The notes below the pieces were generated by a model. That model had not been told where the DNA came from. It saw only the letters and a program-made list of their open reading frames with translations, and did no database searches. From Hydrolagus colliei (lineage: Eukaryota): a stretch of 64,000 nt of DNA. A program made the position numbers and the translations under genes. Shown piece after piece: positions 23,151 through 38,035 of this stretch. Position 1 is the stretch's first letter. Every line of letters starts with the position of its first letter. The DNA lies in assembly GCA_035084275.1 (NCBI GenBank), contig CM068771.1, positions 558,001-622,000 of the forward strand, read 5' to 3'.

Positions 23151-25199
23151 ACAACAACAAAAACAATATTGCACATGTACAGCACCTTTTGCTTCAGAAA
23201 AAGTCCCAAGGCACTGGACAGTCACTGCTTCAACCCAAGGTGAGGATGGGGGAAGGAGGGAAGGGGGTGATAGGAGTTGCCAATGGCTCCTTCAAAGTGT
23301 AGAGTCTGAAGCGGGGCTTGGAGGAGGCCAGGGAGGGGGCGAGGTGGAGGGACTGTGGGATGGATTTCCAGAGGTTGAGGATACAATGACCAAAGTTTCA
23401 CCCGCCAAATGTGGGGCGAATGGGTCAGGGGACGTGGAGCAGGTTGCTGACAGGCTTGGTTAGGTAACGTGTGCATCCGTGGATGCTGATGCTGCTGGTA
23501 ACTGTGGTGCAGAGGCACTATCACATGCCAATCAGGAGGGCCGAGGTTTAGCTCACATTGACCTGCGGAAAGTTTTTTCTCTTCCACGATTCTACATCCT
23601 CGATGCTGAGCAATACGGCAAGAGACTGTGCAAGGGCTGGAAGAGAAACCATTGACAGAGACAAAGTGGAGACGGTGTGAGAGGTAGGACCTGAAACATT
23701 CTTTGACAAATTTGCAGGCTGAGGTGAGAGGATAGGCAGTTGATGAGGATTGGATTGTCCACTGTGTCAATGGCATGGATGCATTTCAAGGTCCTGGTGC
23801 TCGCTTTCAACGCCCTCCACCAAAAGCAACAAAATAATTATAATTATAGAGCGCCAATCAGGTTGTGAGGACATACCAAGGTTCTCCATGCCCTTCCTCC
23901 CACCTACTTCCATGACCCCATTACAATCTGCCAATGTGTCCATTCACCCACTCAGTAGCTTCTTGCTTCATGTCCAACACCTTGCCTATCACAACATTGG
24001 CAGTTGGGACTTTAGCTTCTCTGCCCTCAACCTGTAGAAGTCCATCACACAGGAAAGTCTTCTCGACTGCTCCCTTATCTCCTTCAAGACACATCTCTTT
24101 TTTCATGCATGCCTTTGGTGATCACCATTCACCTCTGCAATAGTCCCGCCTCCCTGATCTTGACACACAAACATGGGTCGGAAAACACTGATGGTCCATC
24201 ACTTTGGCACGTCCACCCAACTTGAAATGTGCTGTCACAAGTTAGTTTATGTTGTTGTTGCTGTCACCACATTATAAAATGGATATTAAAGCGATTGAGA
24301 GGATACAGAGGATGGCAACTAAATTGATTTAGCTGATAGAATCCCAGAATTCAGGAGGGGTTCAATTCAACAAAGTTTTGATGAAAAAATAATCACGCAA
24401 AATCATGGAATAGTTTACTTCATAAACGTTGGATATATAAAAAACTGATAAAAACCAAGAACAATGGATGAACTTTACAGCAAATTTTTCTTCAAAATTC
24501 TTGTAGTTCAAACATATGGTTGCAAACAATCAGAATTATACTCTATCGAAGGAGGCTATTGGGTCCATGGTGACATGCTCTTTGTTATATCTGTCCAAAT
24601 TAACCGCACTACCCCACCAACTCTCCAAAGGCCTGCATATTTTCCCTCCCCCAATATCTATCCATGTCTCTTTTGAAACCTATTATCAAATCGACTCACA
24701 GCAGCCATTTTGGCAATGCATTCCGAATACGATTGGCTCACTATATGAAGAAAAGCTTCTCTGATTCTTTTGACAACTACAGTAAATTTGTGCCATTTGG
24801 TTACCCATTCACTCACCAGTATTAATCCGCAAAATCCCCTTATAATTTTAAACAACACTGTTAAGCCTCGCCTTATCCATCTCTGATCCAAAGAGAATAA
24901 TCCTGCGAAATCTGCTTTGAACCCACTGCAAGGCATTTACTTTCTAATTGCTGGCCCATCTCACTAATGGACCTGTTCCAAACTCCGTTTTCTTGACACG
25001 GTCTTTGAACTTGTCATTGCTTCCCAGTTTCACTAATTCCTCTCATCACTCCCCTTATGAGCTTCTCCAAATGGGTTGATGTGCTCCTCACAACATGGCA
25101 GATACATTTTTGAAGGAACAAGTGACATTATGTTCATTAATATGAATCCTCTGTCAACAACCACATTGAACACTCCTGTCTTCGATACCATGGATCACT

Positions 25200-25660
25200 C
25201 CATCTGCTTCCACCGCCTTTCATAGAATCATAGAATGTTATGGCACAGAAGGAGGGCATTCGGCCCATCGAGTCTGTGCCGGCTGTTTGACTGAGCAAGT
25301 CACTTTCATTCACCCCAATCACCAGGTTTCTCCCCATAACCCTGCAAACCCGTCTTCCCCAGATACCTATCTAGTTATTTCTTAAAATCGGACCTCACTA
25401 CCCTTTCAGGCAGGTCATTCAAAATTCGAACAACTCACTGAGTAAAAGAATTTCTTCTCACCTGCCCCCTGCTTCTTTTGGTAGATATCTTAAGACTGTG
25501 ACTACGGGTCACAGACACACCTACCAGTGGAAACAGCTTTTCCCTATCTAGCCTGTCGAAACCTTTCATAATCTTGAAGACCTCTCTATCAGGTCCCCGC
25601 ATAACCTTCTCTGCTCTAATGGGAAAAGTCCTAACTTCTCCAGGCTTTCTTCAACACTTT
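25200..25660 (-). mobile_element. CR1 3' fragment
   Basis: catagaatcatagaatg tail, gggcattcggcccatcgagtctgtgcc 3' UTR, degenerate RT C-terminus. Confidence 0.75.
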
Positions 25661-26235
25661 CTCTTCCATGCACCATTATGTCTCTTACAGTGATCTTCAG
25701 GTTTCTGTCTTCAGTCCTCTCAGATGTTCTCTCTGACTCTGCACTCGACTGCAGAATATATTATTTGCTGACATAATGTCTGAAGACATCATCTTTTGGA
25801 TAACAGAGACAATTATTTCCAGCTAAATGTCAGCTAGGCTGACACCCTCCTTATTGGGACGCTCCAGCCTTTCAACACCACAGGCATCTCAGAGGCAGAA
25901 TCCAGAGATACACATTACTTCTCACCACGTCAGTCAGGAATATGAGAATCTTGTTGAAACCTCAAGTCTGCTTCAACCCAATATTAATGATATGGCACAC
26001 ACTGCCCCAAACACCATGCTAACTGCACCGCACAATCCACAAACCCTTCTATTTGCATATGTCATCTCAAATATTGACTGCACATCCCTTTCTGTTGACA
26101 CTTCCAAATCTTCCTTCTGTAAGTCGCAGATGATATAGAGCTGCAGCTGATGTCCTCTGGTTTATTAGACTGCATACCCCCTCTTGCTTCCAGTAATATT
26201 CGCTTCAGAGCTTACTACCTTTCCCAGCCTTCTAC

Positions 26236-26312
<77 letters not shown>
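26236..26312. repeat. (TAA)n/(TGATAA)n microsatellite
   Basis: Direct reading. Confidence 0.95.
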
Positions 26313-26313
<1 letters not shown>

Positions 26314-27409
26314 CCTTAAATTTGAAATAGCACTTTGCAGATCTTCTAGACATCTCAGAAAGCTTCACAGGATATATTGCAAGTGAAGTGACTATATTTG
26401 TTGCCTAAACATGGCAGCCAATTGCGCTCAGCAGTGTCCAGCAAACAGTCGTGGATTGAAATGACCAATTTCATTGTGCTTTTTTTTTGGAGGGATTATC
26501 ATTTACAAATTGGTGCAAGATTATGCAACCAATAACCATGTTCAATTCATTGCTAATTTAAAAATATCATGTATAAAATATTGATATAAAGAAACAAGAA
26601 GCATCTGAGGGGAATTATCAGAAATGTTGAAGCCATAAAATGACCAATAATGTAATGCATTTGATAGTTTTTCTCTCTTTTTAAAATTATTTAATCTTTA
26701 AACAATAATGAATACAATAGTAATCCTTAAATTTGATAATACACTTTTCACATCTTCTAGGCATCCCAAATTATTTCGCAGTTCTTATTGTTAACTACAA
26801 ATTTTGCGCTCGAATCATGGCAGCCAGCAGTTTCTCACAAACTGTCATGAATCCATGTATCTAGTTTATTGCTGTTGTTTTTTTCTTCAGGAATTACTAA
26901 CAGGTGTTTAGAGCAAGAAAACCTTCCAAGGAGTTGCCCTGCTGGAAATTGACTGAAGTTCTCGATTATTAGTTTAAAGCTCTTAACACTGAGCTACAGC
27001 ACTTCAACCATTGGACTCCCAACAACTGAGGATTCCAACCACTGATCTGTAGCTAATTGCAAAGAAAATTTCGATAGAGAAAATATCTTGACAAATAATA
27101 CGCAATAAATAAATTTCAAGACAATTAGCCAGACATTGAGCATATACAAATTAGAAAATTAAACCAATGAACAAAAATGAACTCTAAATTGATATGGTGT
27201 GCACGGGGAGTTTCTGAACTCACTATATTGTATGTAACAAACGATCAAATAGATATATTGGGGAGACAAAGAGTTACAGAATGCGGTTGTAGACATACTG
27301 CATTTTATTGATTGATTGAGTGGCTGCCCTAAATATTCTTTCTAAAGTACCATCCGAACAGTCATAATACTATTCACTTAATGGTAGTCCCCGAGAGAGA
27401 TAAAAGATA

Positions 27410-27690
27410 TAGAGAGGAAGAAAGATAAAAACCTGGCAAAACAGGCCAGCTAGTCAACGTCAGTGGTAAGGAAATTTGTAGAGACTATCATCCGGAACAT
27501 GATAAATTTTCACTTGGATAATTATGGGTTAAAACAGCACATCCAACAGCCATGGGTTTGCTAATGTCAAATTATGTCTAGCAAACAAGATAGAGTTTTA
27601 TGGATGATGTAGCAGAGACGGTGGATGAAGGTAGAGCAGTTGATGTCGTTTCTATGGCTTTCCCAAAACGGATTTGATCAAGTGCCTCTT
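27410..27690 (+). mobile_element. Degraded CR1 RT fragment
   Basis: Traces of KPGNYRPVSLTSVVGK...HGF...VDEGRAVDVV...FDKVP. Confidence 0.65.
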
Positions 27691-29338
27691 CTACACAACA
27701 ACTAGAAACAGACAATATTAAATGAAATGAAAAGAAAATAGATAAACTTTGGAGTTAATGTATGACCATTAGTTGCTATTGCTCATGTCTCATATTATTC
27801 AACCCAACTCAATCACCTACCTTCCCTGAAAAAGTATCTCCAAGTTGCGTTCGAGTCATCTGACTATCTCGGAATCTGGGATTCATCCACAATGATACAA
27901 ACTCCTCCATCGCTCTCCCCCACAACTCTCTGCTCACCACTCACAGTGACTTTTTTCAACACACTCTTCAAACTGCTTGACCTCACTAAAGGTAACCTAG
28001 TACACCAGCTACCTACTCTCATTCAAAATACAGGCACGTGCCACCTGGCTCCAATGAAAATTAATGGTAGATCTGGCTGTACATCATCAAAAACACCCAC
28101 CCCCTTAAATCCTGCTTCAACTCCAACACAATATGGAATACTAAAGACAAGACCAGGATCTTTTACGTTACCATCTAGCTTCCCTGTCTACACTTTCATG
28201 CCTCGCCCATTCGCTAATAAAAACAACCACTAAGAAATAATGATTTCTTGGACACCCAAAACAACGAATAGCTTAACTGCCTTTGCACTTCAAAACACCT
28301 ATATTCAAGCCCATCTCGCCCTCACACATGGGGCCGTATCCATTCGTCACCATGGAGCTCCTGTGGCTCAGTGGTTAGAGCACTCATCTTACAATTGTAA
28401 AACCTGTGTTCAAATCCAGGCATCTCAACGCGAAACCTTGGGCAAGTTTCCTTGCTCCTAATCCCTAATAATACTCCCACCAAAAAAATACAATGGTAAA
28501 ATTGATCATGTTATTCCACCATTTGTTTAACACTACTGTGCTCAATTGGTTATTGTGTTTTGCACACAAACACAGTCAATTCACTTTACAGTATTTCTAT
28601 GCAGCGCTTTAAGACCTCATCCCAAAGAAGACGTAAAAAGCACTACAACAAACTCAAGGATTATTATATTATATTATCTTCATAGATTAAAATTCCTCTC
28701 TCACCAATATTACAACACACATGGAACAACCATCTCCTCAGTCAACCCCTTCTTATCCGCTGCCATCTAGTCACAAAACAACACAAACATCACCCTGACC
28801 AATGTTCTGATCTAATTAGGCTTCCTTGTGCCAACTCCGTTCTTATTGGTCATTGTAATTCTCATCTCTGCAAGACGCAGATTATACAGTATTCTGCAAC
28901 TTGTGTGTTTTGCCACTTGAAGCTCTGTGACCCAATTAGCTCCAACCTCTCCTGCCTCCACTGCCTCCCATCTCCCACTGGATCTGTTAAATTACAGAAC
29001 GTTGTTCCCAGGCTTTGGAACGTGCTGTAATTAAAAAGTTTAATTTCAGCATCCTATGGATCCTTTTTCTTAATTGTACAGTACATAAAACCTCAGATTG
29101 CTCAGATGTCTTAAGCTTTATTGAACATCAAAGATCTGCATTGAGCGAAAGATATCTAACTTCACAAACTGGTTGTCAAACAATACCAGACATTTTCAAA
29201 CAGGTTTTTATTCAATGTAAAAGTTATTATTTCAAAGAGATACCGGGCCATTTACTAACCATCTAAGATAGCGCAGACCTGTGTGTGTGTGTAATGTTGT
29301 GTAGACCAACGAGAGCAGCCCAGCTAAACATGGTTGTG

Positions 29339-30228
29339 TTAATGTCCCAGTAAGTGTGTGATGGGATAAATGAAGATGGTTTTCAGTCGCTGCCTGAATT
29401 GGGTCTGGGTCACACCATAGATGACAGTGTTGGAGCAGGAGCTGAGGAACTGCAGCATGTAACCCACATGCTCAGCGATGGTGAAAGGGCTGCTGTAGTC
29501 AAACTGCATCAGTTTGGCCTCTGTCCTCATTGCATAAAAGCAGGTGACCAAGTAGGTGAGCCACAGCAACACAAATGTCCCCGAGATGGTAAAGAGCAGG
29601 ATAATGGATTTCTTTCGACTCTCCATCTCCTCGTCCCTCCCTTTCACTGATCCCCGCAGATGCTGACGCACAACGCTGGCCACTAGAACATGCCTGATGG
29701 TCAGAGAGTTGAAGAGGAGGATGACGATGAAGGGAAGAATCGGATTTACAATCATATGAATAAAGGAAAACACCTTCCAGCCAATAGCAGATCTATAGCT
29801 GGGCTTGACGCGGCAGAACCAGGGCTGCCCATTGATCATCATCAGCGGTTCGAACATAAAATAAAAGGGGATATTTTTTGTGCTTAGCAATGCACAGATT
29901 GTCCAGATCACCAGGCCCGCTGTCCTCTCAGTGCAGTATTTAGGTTTCAGCTTTGGGCAGCAGATGGCAATGAAGCGGTCGAAGGTGAAGGCCATGGTCA
30001 GCCAGACAGAGGATTCGATGATGATGATGTGCAGTACAAGGTGCACACGGCACACGGGGGTCTGGAACAAAGGCAAGTGCGGCAGGTGGACCTTAAATGT
30101 CTTCCTCAGGATCACAGCAATGAATATGACCAGCAGATCAGCAACAGCCATTGCGACCAGGTAGCGGGTGACACATTTGGAGAGTCCACACTTTCCCTGG
30201 GCCAGGACTACAATGGTCACCGCGATCG
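29339..30228 (-). CDS. G3 exon 2: GPR139/GPR142-like GPCR; full gene 317 aa
   Basis: Acceptor ttcctacag ends at 30229; intact 7TM ORF; AATAAA at 29207-29212 (-). Confidence 0.93.
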
Positions 30229-32186
30229 CTGTAGGAAAGTCACAAAAACAATCATAGATTTCACTATCTCATGCCTGATTGTGCATGTAAGGTAATATCG
30301 CTAAGCCATTGACCTGCACGCAAATCAAGCCAGCGAATTTCGCTTCCAAGTGAGCTTTGTAACCATCTTTACACTCTGTCCATCACATCCTTCCTCTCCG
30401 GCTTTGCTGCAGAAATGCCATGATCACAATTCCCTCTGCCTGCACTTTGGATTGTGTTATTGAACCTCCCCTGTTTCAATGCATGTTGGATGACAATGTC
30501 TCAGTGATTGCTCTTCTCCGAGTCTCAGATTGAGCCTGTGGCTGCAGCACCTGATGCAACCGCTAAAAATACTTTCCCTCTCCTACTCCCTGCACTGTGT
30601 TGCTCCAACTCAATCAATGTCTCCTACCAATTTCCACATTTTCTCACCCACCTGTACTCACAGCAGCCCTATGTTCCCTCCTTGGAATCCTCCACTGAAC
30701 TGATTTTGGCAAATGCTGCTGGTTGTCCATCATCGACTCCCACCCTCAATGTCCTACACTTTCCTCTCCGAAATCTCCACCATCCCGTTTCCTTCTGCAT
30801 GCTGCTCTGAACTCGTCATAATCTTGGATGACTTTAACCACAAATCTCTGGCATTCGGTCATCCTTGACACACTAGTCCCTGTCAACTCCCACACCAATA
30901 CATACTGACACATGTAACCCTGCAACTCTACTCCCTCAAATCTCAGATGCTGTCCGAATACAGTCCCATTTCAATGCTTCCTATTCTTTCCAAATTAATG
31001 GATTGTGATGTTGTTTCCCAACTTTACCTTTCCTCTCCCAGCTTTACCCTGCAACCACTTCAATTTGGGGTTTTGTATTGTTCCTAAAATAGAGTCAGCC
31101 CTGGAAAAGGTAAATAAAATGACAATCTGTGCAACTATGACCATGGCCTGTCTCTGTCTCAAAATTCTTCTCAATCTCTGGGCTGCTTTCCATAACATTC
31201 ACCAGTCTATTCTTCTTCACTCACCACTTCTGACCAATTTATACCTGCCTATCTGCCTGCCTACCTGCTTACCTGCCTGCCATATTTCATTCAACTGATT
31301 CAACTGGTAATGAGGAGTTTGAGATACAAATAACAATAGCAGTAATCCTTGCATTCATCAAAATATATCAAAGTGCTTCATGTAACATATTGTAAAGCGA
31401 ATTGACTGTGTACTTTTTTTGGGCAAAGTCAGAAGCCAATTGACATAGAGTTGACACGTCAAAATTTGTGTATTGAATGAACAACAACAACAAATTACAT
31501 TTACAAATTCTTGGTGTGCTGCTAGTTGTGAAGGAAAGATTATACCCAGAGAAGCGATCCACCAATCGACCAACAACCGGGTTCTTACCTACAAAGAGAA
31601 GATTGAGGAGTGAGGAAAATTTCTCAATGGTCTGCCTTGACTGGGAATCGATCCCAGGTCCTTCACTTGTGAGGGGTGTTCTAACCAGAAAGCGACCGGA
31701 CTTCACAACCTGTTCCTGCATCGCTCATTCTAAATACTCCTGGTTCTTTTTCAAAAGTAATTCAATGTGGAACGCCAGATTACCTCCATTCTCCTTAACT
31801 TACAATCCAGGACAGTGGCAGAGTGTGTGATCTTATCAATTATGAATTATTGTTGAATCTATCAGAGAATCTAATGGAACTCCGCTGCCAAATCGCAGCT
31901 TTTGTCTATTTGCCATTCACAGTACCTTGCGGAATATACAGATATGGATCCTGAGAGAAGGAGACCAAAATTGGATATTGCGTTTCATGGTATAATTCTA
32001 TTTGGTGATGTTCCTTTATGCTGTCATTCACTTTCTTTCCTTCACTTGAAACTTGTCGTCCTCTCACTGGTGAACAAAGAAGTTTACTTTCTAGGAAAAA
32101 TAAGCACCATTTTTGGGTGCACACTTGTTTGAGTGGAGGAATGGCACACACAGCTGTACACAACTGAACCTCTTTCAACAACATAC

Positions 32187-32250
32187 CAGGAAAGCCAATG
32201 ATTCCCAACGTAGGGTAAAACACCTTTTCTATTTCTATTATTCCCATCAT
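32187..32250 (-). CDS. G3 exon 1 (MMGIIEIEKVFYPTLGIIGFP + G)
   Basis: ATG at 32250, donor G|GTATGT at 32186. Confidence 0.9.
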
Positions 32251-32330
32251 TGGCAAAGCTTTTCTGTTTTCTGCTGACACTGTTCTGTAGCTAAAGAATT
32301 TGAACCTACTCCCATCTGTTCAGAACTTTC

Positions 32331-32377
32331 CTTTTTATATCTGGGAGTCAGCTCTGAAGGGACTGTCATTGCGCAAG
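32331..32377 (-). promoter_or_regulatory. G3 core promoter (TTGCGCAAT, GCTGACTC, TATAAAAAG)
   Basis: Same as the G1 promoter. Confidence 0.7.
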
Positions 32378-35300
32378 TGATAAATTATCCGATCAACCAA
32401 CTGTGACAAAGCAGCTCACGCCCTTCTGCACCAAATGCATCTTTTGTGAATAGTAAGGATAATTACACAACAAATAAAAGTGTATTAAAACATTTTGGTC
32501 ATGACTGTGCATTCGTGAATCCCATTTAAATTTTTAAAATCAATTTCAATCAATTGAAAAGAGAAAACAGATAGAGTTGTCTGTGTATAACAACGCTTTA
32601 ACTTAGGACTGGTCTCCTAATTCAGAACTGTTGATAGAACGCTGCTGTGCACAATTGGCAGCCACATATTCCCCTAACAAATATATGGTAAAGTGACTTT
32701 ACAGTGAAGTCTGTGAAGTGTTTTGGTGAATGTCACCATGATGTAGGTCCTCTGGTTTGGCTCCCACAAGTGCCTCCATACCTTGGGCGGTGACCATATT
32801 TCCCTCCTCCATGGCTTTTACTACAGAGTAGAGTCAATACAGAAGTTCAGCAAGTTGGTTGACCTCAGATGTTCTTCATATCCTGCATTCATGCCAAGAC
32901 TCACTCTACATTTCACCACCTCTGCAACACTCCTTGGCTCAGCCACTGTCTTAAAAGACAGGCTGGAATGATTTTCATACAATACAACCAATAACAAAAT
33001 ACGAGGACAGATAATTTGCAGCCTCGATCTCTGACAGGCCTCCGCTATTGTTCCACACATAGATGGCAGATCATGCAGTACATTGCAGCCGAAGTCTTCT
33101 CCTGCACAAGACTCCATGAACCGATTAACACTTTATTCTCACCCGATTCCACTGGCTGCCCTATAAGCAACAACAGCAAGCACAACAACCACAAAATTAC
33201 ATTTTTTTTGTGGAGTATCGTTCAAATAGGGAGGACATCCCAAAGCGTTCAACATTCAGGGTTCAGGAACATGAGCGTGTGTGGGTGGTTGGGGGCAGGA
33301 TTGGGATGAGGTTGGGTAGAGAGGTAGAATGCTAACTGAAGGAATGGAAGAAAAGGAGTTTCCTCAGACAGGCCTTGAAAGAGGCAAGAGATGGAAGAGA
33401 GTGAATAGATTGTTGGGATGGAGTTCCAAAGGGGCAGAAAGACTGAAAACATGTCTACCAATGATAGGGTGTGTTGGGCAGGAGACATGGAGCAGGCTTG
33501 CTAAATGGAGGGCGTATACAGATTGTTAAAGAGTGAGTAGGTCAGAGAGGCAGGAGGCGGCAAGGCCATGGAGGGACTTGGGAGTGAAGAGAAGGATCTT
33601 GAATTTGATGGGAAGCCAGTGGATCCCGGTGAGTGTTGGGGTGATCGAGTAGTGGAGAATTGTGCGGGATAGGACAAGAGTAGCAGATTTTTGGGTGAAT
33701 TGCAGCTTGTGGGGGATAGCATTGGGATGGCCAACAAAGAGGGAGTTGTCATAGTTGCTCCTAGAGTTGACAAATATATGTGTATGTATTTCAGCAACCT
33801 GAGAGGTGAGGCAGTGATGGAGAAGGCCGATATTCCGAAGGTGGTGGAAGATGGTGTTACACATGCCATGGATATGGGTTGATTGGGCATCTTACATTCA
33901 AACAAGACACGCAGGTTCCTGAAATGTTTGTTTAGGTGGAGTGTTCATCCATGGATGCTGATGCTGTTGATGCATGTTGGGCAGAGGCACTAACACGTGC
34001 CAATCAGTTAGGCCTCGGTTTGGCTGGCACTAAGCCGTAGAAAGTTGTTTTTCTTCCAGGATGCAATGTCGTTGATGCCGATGAATATGGCAAGAGCTGG
34101 TGCAGAGGCTGGAAGGGAAACCACTCTTTCTGGAAACAAGCATCGTTTGCCTGACAAGATGCATTCATTAAGATGGGGGAATCTATTGGAGCGTTTCTGA
34201 GGGAACTGCTGTGATATATTCATCTTTGCAACTGAGTTAATAAGCCAATACCAACTTGCTTTCAGAGTACGATGTTGCAAATCTTCACCAGTCTGCCCCA
34301 TATAATTACACTATAACAGGGTTTTGTTTGCAAGTCCAAAAAGAACCAAATGAAAAACAACTTCCTATCTGAGTAATAGTCCAAGGCCTGCTAATGAGCT
34401 GAGTGTGACTGACTTTTCTGTCATCAGCATTGCCATATGTTACTCATTCAATACTATCATGATATTATATTAGATAAATGATAAAGTGATGTTACTGGAG
34501 TGCTTTACAATTGAAAATTTCAATGGTATAGCACCGGTAAAATTGGGAGAACCTGACAGGTAGGGAGTTAGACCCTAGGTGAGGTACAGAATCGGGGAGG
34601 GCGGAAAGCAGGGACAGTAGGAGGGTGGCTGAAGGCTTGTTCGAAATGGAGGATTTACCATTGAGTTCCGTCTTGCACGTGTTAAGGGAGCTAAGTGAGC
34701 AAATGAGGCAAAGGGGACGTGTACTCTGGTATGGAGGAAGGAATGCATAAGGGCCAGCATATGAGGGCAAGATTGTGGAGAGGCAATATATGGAATTGCA
34801 GAGGCAGTTAAGCTATCCCCTCAATTTTGGATTCGAGGAAGTCCAAGGTCTCCTTGCAGTTGGTGTTGGTGGAGTAAATGAGCGAGGCAAAGCATGGTAG
34901 GTGGAGAAGCTGGTTCGTAATGGTGTAGAGCCTGGTGTAGTTCTTGCCTCCAAGATTTTGTTGGATTTGAAGGACTATTTAGTGGAGTATGAATATTGAT
35001 GATGTCTAGCCAGACCTGGCAATTGACCATTAACTTAGGTTTTTAGCCAGGTGACATGCACCTGATTGTTGAAGGAGCAATGGATGCTAGTTTTCGAAGT
35101 TGAATTCTGTGAGGAGCAAGCAGTTTGAGAGGTGCAGGCAGTATGAGCATCGAGGATGGTGAAGAACGTTTTTGGGTGTACTAATTGAGGAGTTGATATT
35201 ATTACAACAGGAAGCCCAAACGGGCACGTATTCAGCTGACTTGAAGATATTTTCCATGGATGTTAGGGGATGGATGTCGTACCCCATATGACACAATGTA

Positions 35301-36035
35301 CTATACAATAAACCATATAATTTAAATCTATTCTATTTTCATTTGTTCCAAGTAGTCTAAATTTCCGAGTCTCTATAAGTTACTGTATGACATCTCAAGT
35401 TGTATTCCACGTGTTTGTGGTATCCAGGCTCTCCAAGACATTGTTATTTTCCAGTTATACACAGCATTTTAGTTATGAATTAGAAGAAATAACGGAAGAC
35501 AGAGAGATTAGTGGAATATACATAATATTGCAAAATATCAATAGATAAAGCTAACATATAAATTCTTCACAAGCAGTTTGATAGAAATTCCAAAAGCGGA
35601 TTCAAGATGATTTGTAAACACACCACAAAACGATGGACCATCGTTTTCTTGCTGAAGCTTCCTGCTTAGAAATTTTCCTGTTTATATTATCATTGATTCT
35701 GATCCTCAGATTACTTAATTTCTTTAATTCCCATCTATGTATCTGGCATGGCATAGATGTTTATTATTTCTGGGGCAATCCACACTTCCTCCACCATCGC
35801 TTTTTGGTATGCTTTGACTAACTCTCTAAATAGATGAGAAGAATAAATGACCAGTGTGGCAGAGAATGCGGCTGAATATGCTTTTTCTTGTGGAGGTTAG
35901 AACACCTCACAGTTTTGGGAGGTAATTAGTTGTACTAAAAACATGAATGATCTGGATTGAGTGAATGATATCTAATCTACAAAATATTTTGAGAAATGAA
36001 AACGCGACATTCCAACTCGAACAATTACTATACAA

Positions 36036-37368
36036 TGTAGTATATGCACATAGATACCAACGGCATTGGTAGAATTGGCCACGATGAATTGAGGAGGGAG
36101 TTTGAGGAAGGCGTTTCAAGAGGTGTGGTCAAAATTAAAGTAAAAATCATCGAAACTAGTGATATTGGGACGACTACCTGTGCCATATGACAATTGGTAC
36201 AGGAACAAAGAGATTAAGGACCTGAATGCACAGCTGAAAGAGTGGTGCGGAAATCAGGGGTTTCTTTTGATGCGCCATTGGCACGAGTTTTGGAGGAAAA
36301 GGGAGCTCTTCCACAGAGATGGGCTCCATTTCAATCGGGCTGAGTCAAATGTACTAGGCAAACAAATTAATGGGGAAGTAAACAGGAATTTAAACTAGGT
36401 AAGGTTGGGGGGTGGTGGGGGAGGGAATATAACTAGGAGAAATCATAAATTAGCATTAGAAAAAGTAAAGATGACAGCGCAGGATAGCATGCCAGATAAT
36501 AAGGATATGTTAACTAGGGGTAAAAAGCTTGGCAAAGCAAATAGGGAATCAGAGATTAGGGGAAATGGTAGGAAATTAAAAATGTTATATCTGAATGCTG
36601 CGAAGCATTCGGAATAAAACGGATGAATTAAAGGCACAATTAGACACATATGGGTACGATTTAGTAGCCATCACTAAAACATGGTTACTGGGAGATCGAG
36701 GGTGGGAGTTAAATATCCCAGGGTTTTCAGTTTATAGAATGGATAGGCAATGTGGGAAACGAGGTGAGTAGGGGTTGGGGGGCGGGTGGTAGCCCTGTTA
36801 ATTAGGGATGAAATAAAAGCAGTAGAGAGGAAGGATCTGAAATTCGATAACGAGGAGGTAGAGCCAATATAGTGAAAATAAAAACAATAAGGGGTAGAAA
36901 ATATTACTGGGAGTGGTTTATAGACCCCCAAATAGTGATCACAATATAGCACAAGATTTTAATCAAGATATCAGAGGAGCATGTAGGAAAGGTAAAGCAA
37001 TAATAGTGGGTGATTTCAATCTTCACATAGATCGGGAAAACCAAATTGGGAAAAGTAGGTTACAGGAAGAGTTCATTGAGTGTATGAGAGATAGGAACCA
37101 ACTAGGGGACAGGCCATCCTAGACCTTGTTTTGTGAACCAGAGCTAGTTGGCAATGTAGATTTTAAAGCTCCTCTATGGCAGAGTATTCACAACATGATT
37201 GAATTTTGTATTAAGTTAGAGAGGGATATAGTTAAATCTGAGGCAACTGTTTTGAATTTAAATAAGGCTAATTTTGTAGGTATGAGGAAAGATCTGGGTG
37301 AAATAGACTGGAGTATCAGTTTAGGAGGTAGAACGGTGGACCAACAGTGGCAAATATTTAATGATGTA
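36036..37368 (+). mobile_element. CR1 ORF1/endonuclease fragment (duplicate of 8130-9462)
   Basis: Near-identical ORFs at 36159, 36405, 36913 and 37126. Confidence 0.9.
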
Positions 37369-37549
37369 CAGTAAAAGCCCATTTATCCGGCACCCTCGGG
37401 ACCTGGCCAATGCCGGTTAAAGCGCATGCCGGATATTCGGCCGAAAACATTTAAAAAATTAGGGAATGGGGAGCCAATGGAGCTGGGCAAGAGTGGAGAG
37501 TGATGTGGTCGTGGAGCTTGTTGTGGGTGAGGACATAAACTACAGAGTT
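37369..37549 (+). mobile_element. pogo/Tigger-like terminal fragment (duplicate of 9463-9644)
   Basis: TA|CAGTAAAAGCCCATTTATCCGGCACCCTCGGG. Confidence 0.55.
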
Positions 37550-37922
37550 CTGGAAAATCTGCGGCTTGTGAAGGGAAGAAGCAGGGAGGCTGAGACTGGT
37601 GGAGGCAGGAAGTAGGGGGGGCACAGAGAATGGGGGAAGAGAGAGTGGGGGGCAGAGAGTAAGTGGGGGAGGGTGAGAGTGGCAGATTTGAGGGTGGCAA
37701 AGTGTGGCATGTGGGTGGAAAGTGGATGGTGGCAGAGGTGTGGGAATGAGTTTAGGTGAGGGAGAGTAGTGAGAGTGAGGTGGGTGGGGGAAAGTGAAGG
37801 ACACCGGAGAGGTGGGTGGGGGAGAGAGAATGAGGTGGGAGAGAGTGAGGGCGGTATTGAGAGGATTAACCCTGAGGGGAGAGGGAGCTGATGGCTGAGC
37901 TGCAACCTTCCTGTGTTCACAG

Positions 37923-38035
37923 CTGGACCAGTGGGAGGCCTGATAACCATCTTTATCGTGATCGCTGTTGTTGGGGTTTTGATGCTCCTCGCCCTGATAG
38001 GAGGAGGAGTTCATCTTTACACTAAAAAATTTAAA
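37923..38035 (+). pseudogene. MHC class I-like remnant 2: TM exon with degenerate donor
   Basis: Same upstream intron (aaccttcctgtgttcacag) as 12011-12080; GPVGGLITIFIVIAVVGVLMLLALIGGGVHLYTKK. No GT at the expected donor and no alpha3 exon upstream. Confidence 0.75.

Larger units (their letters stand above)
28040..37549. repeat. Segmental duplication copy B (paralog of 1-9644)
   Basis: See copy A. Confidence 0.97.

Noticed and set aside
27780-28345. Possible DIRS-like RT/RNase H remnant (also 1-305)
   Set aside because: Only weak motif traces (YLGI, TWG); cannot be supported without an HMM search.
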